A DNA stretch of 32,000 bases from Erysipelothrix larvae (lineage in GTDB: Bacteria > Bacillota_I > Bacilli_A > Erysipelotrichales > Erysipelotrichaceae). The notes under the pieces were generated by a model, which was not told the origin of the DNA, ran no database searches, and was given only the letters and a program-made list of their open reading frames with translations. Location of the stretch: positions 660,001 to 692,000 of the forward strand of contig NZ_CP013213.1 in the NCBI RefSeq assembly GCF_001545095.1, given 5' to 3'. The position numbers and the translations under genes were made by a program. The first letter of the stretch is position 1. Each line of letters starts with the position of its first letter. Below, one piece after another: positions 25,189 through 32,000 of this stretch.

Positions 25189-25725
25189 ATGCTAGTTTAT
25201 ATTCATGGTAAAAATGTAGATATCACAGATGCAATGCATCAACGCGTGGAAGATAAGTTGAAATTCATGGAGAAATATTTCGATCTTGATGATTCATATC
25301 GTGCAAACGTTGTTGTAAGTGTATATCCTGATGGCCAAAAAGTTGAGGTTACAATTACTACAAAAATTGGTTTATTACGAGCAGAAGTGAAACATGATGA
25401 TTTCTATGCTGCACTTGATTTATCTGTAGACAAACTGGAAGATCAAATTCGCAGACACAAAACTAAATTATCACGTAAAAACAAAGAAAGTTTAGCGCAA
25501 TCATTCTTGAATTTGATTGAAGAGTCTGAGAATGAAGACGAACCTAAATTAGTACGTACGAAGACAATCGTTGCGGAATCCATGGAATTGAATGACGCAA
25601 TCTTAAATATGGAACTCTTAGGACACTCATTCTTCATATATACCGATGAAGAAACCGAAGACATCGCAGTTGTTTACAAACGTAAAGACGGCGATTATGG
25701 ATTATTAGAAGTTGAACGTGAATAA
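25189..25725 (+). CDS. hpf: Ribosome hibernation-promoting factor, long form (YvyD type)
   Basis: N-terminal S30AE/RaiA domain (GKNVDITDAMHQRVEDKL) and a C-terminal dimerisation domain (MELNDAILNMELLGHSFFIY...YKRKDGDYGLLE). Confidence 0.9.
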   Translation: MLVYIHGKNVDITDAMHQRVEDKLKFMEKYFDLDDSYRANVVVSVYPDGQKVEVTITTKIGLLRAEVKHDDFYAALDLSVDKLEDQIRRHKTKLSRKNKESLAQSFLNLIEESENEDEPKLVRTKTIVAESMELNDAILNMELLGHSFFIYTDEETEDIAVVYKRKDGDYGLLEVERE

Positions 25726-25735
25726 AAAATAGGAA

Positions 25736-25764
25736 TTTAACTTATTCATGAATCGTGGTATAAT
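25736..25764 (+). promoter_or_regulatory. Putative promoter of sepF-divIVA
   Basis: TTTAAC, a 17-nt spacer, then extended -10 TGgTATAAT (25756-25764). Confidence 0.5.
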
Positions 25765-25788
25765 AGTGGAAACGTTCGGAGGGCGATT

Positions 25789-26193
25789 ATGAGTATCAAA
25801 TCGAAACTAAAAAATATCTTAACACCAATTGAAGATGACGAATATATTGAATTAAGCACTGAAGAAGCAGAAAGCTTGAGTGATTACGAGAAACCACGTG
25901 CAAATGATGGATTTAAATTACCATCCAATGCACAAATGGTTTTATTCGAACCACGTTCTTTTGAAGAAGCAGAAGAAGTTGCGAAATACCTTAAAGGAAA
26001 TAGAGCAGCTGTTGTGAATCTTCACCGTTTGCAAAGAGATTTTGCACAAAGAACCATCGATTTTCTGACTGGCGTTGTCTTTGCTTTAGATGGATCAATC
26101 CAAAAAATTGGTCACAATGTAATTTTGTGTACACCAAAATCAATCGGTGTTGAAGGCGAAATTAGCATGAGCATGGACGATTTCGATAACTAA
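25789..26193 (+). CDS. sepF: Cell division protein SepF
   Basis: DUF552/SepF core: MVLFEPRSFEEAEEVAKYLKGNRAAVVNLHRL...FLTGVVFALDGSIQKIG. The RBS is GGAGGG. Confidence 0.9.
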   Translation: MSIKSKLKNILTPIEDDEYIELSTEEAESLSDYEKPRANDGFKLPSNAQMVLFEPRSFEEAEEVAKYLKGNRAAVVNLHRLQRDFAQRTIDFLTGVVFALDGSIQKIGHNVILCTPKSIGVEGEISMSMDDFDN

Positions 26194-26197
26194 ATCT

Positions 26198-26674
26198 ATG
26201 AAGGACCGCTTTAGAATCATGCGAAGTGGGTACGATCGCTTTGAAGTTGATCAGTATCTTTCTTCACTTGAAGGTCAATTAGAGGAGCTTAAGTTACGTT
26301 CAGAAGCTTATTTATCTCAAAGCCATGCGACCCAAAAACAATTGGAGTTGCAAAAGGTTCGTTATCAGCAATTGGTCAAAGAAATCGCAGCGCGTGAGCG
26401 TGCATTAGACCAACTCTCTCGAGATGCTTTGAAAGAAGCCAACAAGATTGTTGGGACTGCAAATCAAAACGCAGATCTCATTGTACGAGAAGCATTATCC
26501 GCTGCACGACAAATTTTGGTTGAAATTTCGCGAATTTCCAGTGAATCCCACTTGTTACGCGAAGAATTGGGTGTTAAACTTAAGAAGTTAGAAACAGTGG
26601 TCGAAGGGTTAGAACTCCCTGAAGCCCCAAATGTTAAATTATTTAGCGATGATCACGACAGGTCTTCACAATAA
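26198..26674 (+). CDS. divIVA: DivIVA domain-containing cell division/polar protein
   Basis: N-terminal DivIVA signature F-x4-R-S-GYD-x-x-EVD-x-YL followed by a coiled coil. It occupies the conserved sepF...divIVA-ileS position. No clear SD was seen. Confidence 0.8.
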   Translation: MKDRFRIMRSGYDRFEVDQYLSSLEGQLEELKLRSEAYLSQSHATQKQLELQKVRYQQLVKEIAARERALDQLSRDALKEANKIVGTANQNADLIVREALSAARQILVEISRISSESHLLREELGVKLKKLETVVEGLELPEAPNVKLFSDDHDRSSQ

Positions 26675-26871
26675 CAGTTAATTTAGAGACTTCGCGGTTG
26701 GTGAAAGCGAAGAACTGCTTGTGTGAGATATCCCGTGTGAGCTATTTATCTGAAACCACAAAGTAAGATAAATCGGATGCCTACCGTTATCAGGCTTAAG
26801 TGCATTACAAGATGTAATGAATTAAGGTGGTACCGCGTTATAAACGTCCTTGTTTTAAGGGCGTTTTTTTA
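26645..26871 (+). promoter_or_regulatory. T-box riboswitch leader (Ile specifier) controlling ileS
   Basis: K-turn base: AGC-GATGA-TCACG (26645-26657) pairs with CGTG-TGA-GCT (26734-26743). The distal loop is CTTCGCGGTTGGTGAAAGCGAAG. Overlapping Ile codons AUA/AUC at 26728-26732 sit in the specifier position. The T-box sequence AATTAAGGTGGTACCGCG is at 26820-26837. The terminator is ACGTCCTT-gtttt-AAGGGCGT plus a T7 run (26844-26871). Confidence 0.85.
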
Positions 26872-26890
26872 TTGAAGGAGGAAATTTTTG

Positions 26891-29638
26891 ATGAGTGTGA
26901 ACTATAAAGACACATTGTTATTACCAAAGACAGATTTTGAGATGCGTGGGAATCTCAACAAAAAAGAACCCGGGCTACAACAGGCATGGGATGAGATGAA
27001 GCTTTACAATCGAATGCTAGAACAACGAGAGGGAGCACCGTTATTTACACTTCACGATGGGCCTCCTTTTGCCAATGGGAACATCCATATTGGACACGCA
27101 CTCAACAAGTCATTGAAAGACTTTATCATCCGTTCACACTTTATGGCAGGGTATAAGACGCCATTTAGACCAGGATGGGATACGCATGGACTCCCAATTG
27201 AGGTTGCAATTCAAAAAACTGGTGTTAATCGTAAGGAAATGTCCATTGCTGATTTCCGTAAGTTATGTGAGGCTTTTGCACTGGGACAAATTAAAATTCA
27301 AATCGCAGACTTCAAACAATTAGGAACTGTTGCAGATTATGACAATCCATACATTACCTTAAACAAAGATTTTGAAGCAAAACAAATTAAAGTCTTTGCG
27401 AAGATGGCCCTTAAAGGCATGATTTATAAAGGACTTCGCCCGGTATATTGGTCACCATCGAGTGAATCTGCTCTAGCAGAAGCTGAAATCGAGTACCGTG
27501 ATCGCAAAGATCCACAGATCTATGTTTCTTTTAAGGTTGTCGATGGAAAAGGACTCTTAACATCCGACGATGCATTGATCATCTGGACCACAACACCATG
27601 GACCATTCCTGCAAACCTTGCAATTTCAGTGAATGAAACCTTTGACTATGCCCTAATTAAAACGGATAAAGGTCAATTTGTCGTCCTTGAGAAGATGGTT
27701 GAACAACTCCAAAAAGAATTGAACTTTGAGTATGCAGAAGTACTCAAAACTTTCAAAGGGAAAGAACTTGAAGGTGTCACAACACAACACCCACTTTATG
27801 ATCGGTTATCACCGGTTCTTTTAGGGGATCACGTAACGGATGATGCAGGGACTGGGTGTGTCCATACTGCTCCAGACCATGGTGTTGAAGACTTTGAAGT
27901 TGGGAAAAAATATGGCATTCACCCAATTGACCCGATTGATAATCAAGGGGTATTACGTGAAAATACCGGTCCATTTGCAGGGCTGTATTTTGAAGATGCC
28001 AACAAGGCTGTCACAAAAGCGCTTGATGAATGTGGTGCACTCTTAAAATTATCCTTTATTACGCACTCCTACGCACATGACTGGCGTACAAAAAAACCTG
28101 TAATGTATCGTGCGACTACCCAATGGTTTGCATCCATTGACATGGTACGTGATGACGTACTTCGCATGATTGATGAAGAAGTAGAATGGAACCCAACTTG
28201 GGGTCGTAAACGGATGTACAACATGATCAAAGATCGTGGTGACTGGACGATTTCACGACAACGTGCATGGGGTGTCCCACTGCCAATTTTATATGCAGAA
28301 GACGATACACCCATCATGGAAGAAAAAGTATTTGATCACATTGTTGAATTGTTTAATGAACACGGAAGCAATGTTTGGTTTGAACGCGATGCAATAGATC
28401 TACTTCCTGAAGGCTATACCCATCCAGGTTCACCAAATGGTACCTTCCGTAAAGAAAAAGATATTATGGACGTATGGTTTGACTCAGGTTCATCGCATAC
28501 ATCAGCCTTAAATCACGATGAAGTGCCACTTCCTGTAGACCTTTATTTTGAAGGTTCAGATCAATACCGAGGTTGGTTTAATTCATCCTTGATTATTTCA
28601 GCGGCAGTCTATGGTCACGCACCGTATAAAAATGTTGTATCACATGGATTTGTCATGAAAGATGATGGGCAAAAAATGAGTAAATCTTCTGGGGATGCGC
28701 TTAAACCAGCGAAAATCATTGGTGACTTAGGCGCAGATATTCTCCGTTTATGGGTTGCAAGTGTTGATTACCAAAACGATGCCCCAATCTCCCAAAATGT
28801 CTTAAAACAAGTCAGTGAATTATATCGTAAAATCCGAAATACCTTTAGATTCATGCACGGTAACCTCACAGACTTCAATCCAGATACCGATATGGTAGCA
28901 TTTGAAGACTTAAGTGTTTTAAATCGCTATGTACTCAGTGAAGTGCATAAAGTGAATGAACTCAGCCAAGAAGCATATATGAACTATGACTTCCAAAAAG
29001 TCACGACACTAGTTGGTAACGCATTAACAAACCTAATGTCAGCATACTATCTTGACTATACCAAAGATATTTTATACATTGAAGGTCAAAATTCACGTCA
29101 ACGCCGTGAAATTCAATCCGTCTTGTATGAATCACTGATGGTGTATTCACGCCTTATGGCTCCAATCTTAGTGCATACAACAGAAGAACTGAACAAGATT
29201 TTTAGACCTCAAGATGAAAGCATTCACTTGACTGAGTTTGTGAAGGTTCGTGAAGATGTTTTAAGCGTTCAAGAACTTGAAGACTTTAAACGTTTATTTG
29301 AACTGCGAGAAGCGGTATTTAAAGCACTTGAAGAAAAACGCGCGGATAAAGTTATCGGTAAGTCCCTTGAAGGCTTGGTAAAACTCCATTTAAGTGAGAA
29401 AGACCAAGCATTGGTTGAACAGATCCTTGGAAATAATGCAGCACAATGGTTTATCGTTTCACGTTTAGAATTTGTTGATGAAACACTCCCTGAAGTCTTT
29501 GGCTTTGAAGTAGACGTTGTGAAAGCAGAAGGATCAGTATGTCCACGTTGTTGGAATATTGTGACGGATGCACATGAAGAGACAGGATTATGTGGACGGT
29601 GTCATCATGTAGTTGGTGAACTTCATGAAAATCATTGA
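26891..29638 (+). CDS. ileS: Isoleucine--tRNA ligase (type 1, with C-terminal zinc finger)
   Basis: HIGH motif (GNIHIGHALN), KMSKS motif (QKMSKSSG) and C-terminal CPRCW...CGRCH. The RBS GGAGG precedes ATG 26891; the ORF-track TTG at 26888 is one codon upstream. Confidence 0.96.
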   Translation: MSVNYKDTLLLPKTDFEMRGNLNKKEPGLQQAWDEMKLYNRMLEQREGAPLFTLHDGPPFANGNIHIGHALNKSLKDFIIRSHFMAGYKTPFRPGWDTHGLPIEVAIQKTGVNRKEMSIADFRKLCEAFALGQIKIQIADFKQLGTVADYDNPYITLNKDFEAKQIKVFAKMALKGMIYKGLRPVYWSPSSESALAEAEIEYRDRKDPQIYVSFKVVDGKGLLTSDDALIIWTTTPWTIPANLAISVNETFDYALIKTDKGQFVVLEKMVEQLQKELNFEYAEVLKTFKGKELEGVTTQHPLYDRLSPVLLGDHVTDDAGTGCVHTAPDHGVEDFEVGKKYGIHPIDPIDNQGVLRENTGPFAGLYFEDANKAVTKALDECGALLKLSFITHSYAHDWRTKKPVMYRATTQWFASIDMVRDDVLRMIDEEVEWNPTWGRKRMYNMIKDRGDWTISRQRAWGVPLPILYAEDDTPIMEEKVFDHIVELFNEHGSNVWFERDAIDLLPEGYTHPGSPNGTFRKEKDIMDVWFDSGSSHTSALNHDEVPLPVDLYFEGSDQYRGWFNSSLIISAAVYGHAPYKNVVSHGFVMKDDGQKMSKSSGDALKPAKIIGDLGADILRLWVASVDYQNDAPISQNVLKQVSELYRKIRNTFRFMHGNLTDFNPDTDMVAFEDLSVLNRYVLSEVHKVNELSQEAYMNYDFQKVTTLVGNALTNLMSAYYLDYTKDILYIEGQNSRQRREIQSVLYESLMVYSRLMAPILVHTTEELNKIFRPQDESIHLTEFVKVREDVLSVQELEDFKRLFELREAVFKALEEKRADKVIGKSLEGLVKLHLSEKDQALVEQILGNNAAQWFIVSRLEFVDETLPEVFGFEVDVVKAEGSVCPRCWNIVTDAHEETGLCGRCHHVVGELHENH

Positions 29639-30338
29639 TTCTCCAAAAAATGAATGGATTAAACACTTAGCACAGCTCAATCAAAAAAAGCACCGTGATG
29701 CATCTGATTTCATCCTTGTAGAAGGCGCACATCTGATTGAAGAGGCACGCAATGCCAAAATATTAGAGCAGGTGTTAAGCACACACGAACCCTGTGATGT
29801 GTTAATTAGCGATCGCGTGAGTGAGAAACTCTCACTTACTCATTCTGGGTCAACTCAATTTGGAATTGTTCGAAAACCCTCGAATGATCTGTCAAAAGAT
29901 GCAACGCGCATCATGATTTTAGATGGTGTTCAAGATCCAGGCAATGTCGGAACCATCATTCGTTCCGCTTATAGTTTTGGGTTTGATGGGTGTTTGTTAA
30001 CACCAGATTGTGCCGATGAGTTGAATGATAAAACCATTCGATCCAGTCAAGGCGCGGTGTTTCATCTTCCCATACATCGCCTCACATCCAAAGAAATCTT
30101 TGAGTATCTGTCTTCACATCAAATGACCCTTGCAGTTACAGATGTTGTAAAAGCACAGCCTTTATCTGCTGTTAAAGACGTTGATAAAATTGCTGTGGTC
30201 ATTGGTTCTGAAGGGAAGGGTGTATCGGAACCCTTCAAGCAAAATGCGCATTGTGCCATTAAGATTGAGACCTCTCGGTTTGAATCCTTGAATGCCGCAG
30301 TTGCTGCAGGTATTATTGCCTACACACTTCGAAAATAA
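29625..30338 (+). CDS. TrmH/SpoU-family RNA 2'-O-methyltransferase (RlmB/YsgA-like)
   Basis: SpoU motifs GNVGTIIRSA, VIGSEGKGVS and LNAAVAAGI. ATG 29625 is preceded by GGTGA and overlaps the ileS 3' end by 14 nt. The ORF-track start at 29613 is a TTG. Confidence 0.82.
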   Translation: MKIIDSPKNEWIKHLAQLNQKKHRDASDFILVEGAHLIEEARNAKILEQVLSTHEPCDVLISDRVSEKLSLTHSGSTQFGIVRKPSNDLSKDATRIMILDGVQDPGNVGTIIRSAYSFGFDGCLLTPDCADELNDKTIRSSQGAVFHLPIHRLTSKEIFEYLSSHQMTLAVTDVVKAQPLSAVKDVDKIAVVIGSEGKGVSEPFKQNAHCAIKIETSRFESLNAAVAAGIIAYTLRK

Positions 30339-30346
30339 CAACATTA

Positions 30347-30384
30347 AAACGGGGTTTCCTTGACTTAAGGAGACCCCGTTTTCT
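30347..30384. terminator. Bidirectional intrinsic terminator between the convergent trmH-like and deacetylase genes
   Basis: AAAACGGGGTTTCCTT-gactt-AAGGAGACCCCGTTTT forms a 12-13 bp stem, with an A run on the 5' side and a T run on the 3' side. Confidence 0.85.
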
Positions 30385-30393
30385 TCATTGTTA

Positions 30394-31662
30394 TCAGTCG
30401 TTATCCGTACAGAAATCCATAAACATCTCGATTGGATAGTTTCCAAAGATGGTAGTCCGGCGAATCAACATTTTATCCGTGTTTTTGTCACTGTACCCAT
30501 TGGAGGTATATTGTCCAATAAATGCTAGGTGGAATCCTGCATCCTTTAGCGCAGCCTTTGCACGATCATTAAAATCGAAGAATGGATACGCATAGTAATT
30601 AGATCCTTGAAGTTTCTCTTGGCTCAATTTCAAATCCGCAATCATTGAATCATAGGGTTCACATAACATCTGACCCCCTTGGGAGTAAGTCGTATTTTTA
30701 GGACATTTATAATTATTGTGCATGTCATCAGAATGGGATTCGAATCGTGCATATTTTGAATCCATATACTCACTTACATCAACCTTACTTGTGATTATAA
30801 AGAAGGTTGCATTCATCCCATACTTCTCAACAAGGGGTACTGAGTTTTCCAAGTAAATGCCATCATCCAAAGTGAGGGCGACTGTTTTTCTTGGAATCTG
30901 GATTTTGCTATCCAAAAACAGTTCCAACTCTTCCATGGTCAGCGTTAAGAAATCTTCATCTCTCAGATATTGTAGGTGCGATTCGAACTGTTCTATGGGA
31001 TGACAAATTTCTACAGAAGCACAGGTTTGTGTTTCAGGGTCATAAACCGTGTGATAGGTGAATGTTCGAATGGTTTTTCGCGTCTCAATGGTTGTATTAT
31101 CAGAAGGATACACAGACTCAACTTCTTTCACGTAAAATAATGTATCATCATAAGCAACACCATACTTCCCATCTTCTTTTATGATGATTGGAAGATCAAA
31201 AGAGGTATCGAGTGTTAAAACAAGTTCATCATCTTCATTGTAAAATTGTGTGGGTGTCGGTGTCTTCACATTCTCATTAAACATCACATATCGTGTATAA
31301 CGCTGATCCTTTTCAAATTTTTTTGAAACACCATCAACATCATAGATGTTGATATATGCATCAAAATTCTTCACTTTAAAATATTGCGTGTCAACGTCGA
31401 TGGGTTCATTTACAAGTTCAAGTGGGTATCCTTCTTGAATGGTTCCACATTTTTGATAGGCACCATTCTCAAATGTATAAAGAAATGTTTCTTTATTCGT
31501 GATGACATTGTAACTGAATCGACTGATTATTTCTTGAAGTGTTTTTTCTTGTTCAGCCCGTTCTTGGTCCTCTTTTGCTTTTGAACTTAATGAATTCACA
31601 ACAAAAACTCCTGCAACACACAGAATCACAACACACATTCCAATCGCAATTTTTTTCTTCAT
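30394..31662 (-). CDS. Membrane-anchored polysaccharide deacetylase family protein (NodB homology domain)
   Basis: N-terminal TM (IAIGMCVVILCVAGVFVV). The C-terminal NodB motifs are TLDDG, HSDDMH and AYPFF. The RBS AAAGGGGCGGG precedes ATG 31662, so the ORF-track start at 31716 is an extension. Confidence 0.8.
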   Translation of the reverse strand: MKKKIAIGMCVVILCVAGVFVVNSLSSKAKEDQERAEQEKTLQEIISRFSYNVITNKETFLYTFENGAYQKCGTIQEGYPLELVNEPIDVDTQYFKVKNFDAYINIYDVDGVSKKFEKDQRYTRYVMFNENVKTPTPTQFYNEDDELVLTLDTSFDLPIIIKEDGKYGVAYDDTLFYVKEVESVYPSDNTTIETRKTIRTFTYHTVYDPETQTCASVEICHPIEQFESHLQYLRDEDFLTLTMEELELFLDSKIQIPRKTVALTLDDGIYLENSVPLVEKYGMNATFFIITSKVDVSEYMDSKYARFESHSDDMHNNYKCPKNTTYSQGGQMLCEPYDSMIADLKLSQEKLQGSNYYAYPFFDFNDRAKAALKDAGFHLAFIGQYTSNGYSDKNTDKMLIRRTTIFGNYPIEMFMDFCTDND

Positions 31663-31986
31663 AAGCCCGCCCCTTTTGATTAAATCATAACGTAAAGCGT
31701 CATAATTATCAATCATCTAAAATGATAAAGAAAGATCTCCTAACAAATATAAATTTTACAAAGGGTGATAAGAACGCTTGGAGGATGAGTCATTTGCTTA
31801 ACACATATTAATGTTTATATTTTATTGAAACTACGCTTAAATTTCATGCTTAATTATTGATATAGAAGATAAATTGATACAAGAAAATAAAATAACATTA
31901 TAAATCGATAATATTACATATAATATATTGAGTGGATTCTTAATCTATGCTAGACTTGATATATACATTTCTAGCGGGGGAGACCG

Positions 31987-32000
31987 ATGAAAAAACTCAT
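31987..32000 (+). CDS. Start of an unidentified gene (MKKL...), truncated by the window edge
   Basis: GGGGGAG SD 4-6 nt before ATG 31987. A candidate promoter is TTGAGT (31928-31933), 17 nt, TAGACT (31951-31956). Only 4 codons are visible. Confidence 0.3.

Overview
This window looks like a low-GC Bacillota-type chromosome segment. The sepF-divIVA-T-box-ileS synteny, the T-box leaders and the extended -10 promoters support that; I cannot assign a genus from sequence alone.

Most of it is housekeeping, in this order:
- engB (5' partial)
- T-box(Val) leader, then a RimJ/RimL-like GNAT, then valS
- PatB/MalY-type C-S lyase plus an M20 amidohydrolase
- ppdK
- a clearly AT-richer minus-strand alpha-glucoside PTS islet: RpiR regulator, EIICB, GH4 6-phospho-alpha-glucosidase, an unknown membrane protein, EIIA and an MFS transporter
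- yccF
- mgtA with a tightly coupled GNAT, then a third GNAT
- a membrane-anchored Ig-like/Amidase_3 cell-wall amidase
- HAD hydrolase, Zn-PLC-like protein, hpf, sepF, divIVA
- T-box(Ile) leader, ileS and a TrmH-family methyltransferase
- a polysaccharide deacetylase

I found no rRNA, tRNA, CRISPR array, transposase, integrase, phage gene or recognisable defence gene. I do not see a convincing novel multi-gene system.

The observations most worth follow-up are:
1. The mgtA leader looks too short and too divergent to be a canonical M-box. It carries a 30-codon leader ORF threaded through a long terminator hairpin.
2. A GNAT sits inside the T-box(Val)-valS operon, and a second GNAT lies 3 nt downstream of mgtA.
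3. The low-GC PTS islet contains an unannotatable membrane protein and an overlapping EIIA/MFS gene pair.
4. A 430-bp gene-free region upstream of the amidase gene holds five copies of a TTGAAAGCG-like motif arranged as two long inverted repeats.
5. A 450-bp orphan region after ppdK has plus-strand terminator-like hairpins.

All structural and motif calls were made by eye and need computational confirmation.
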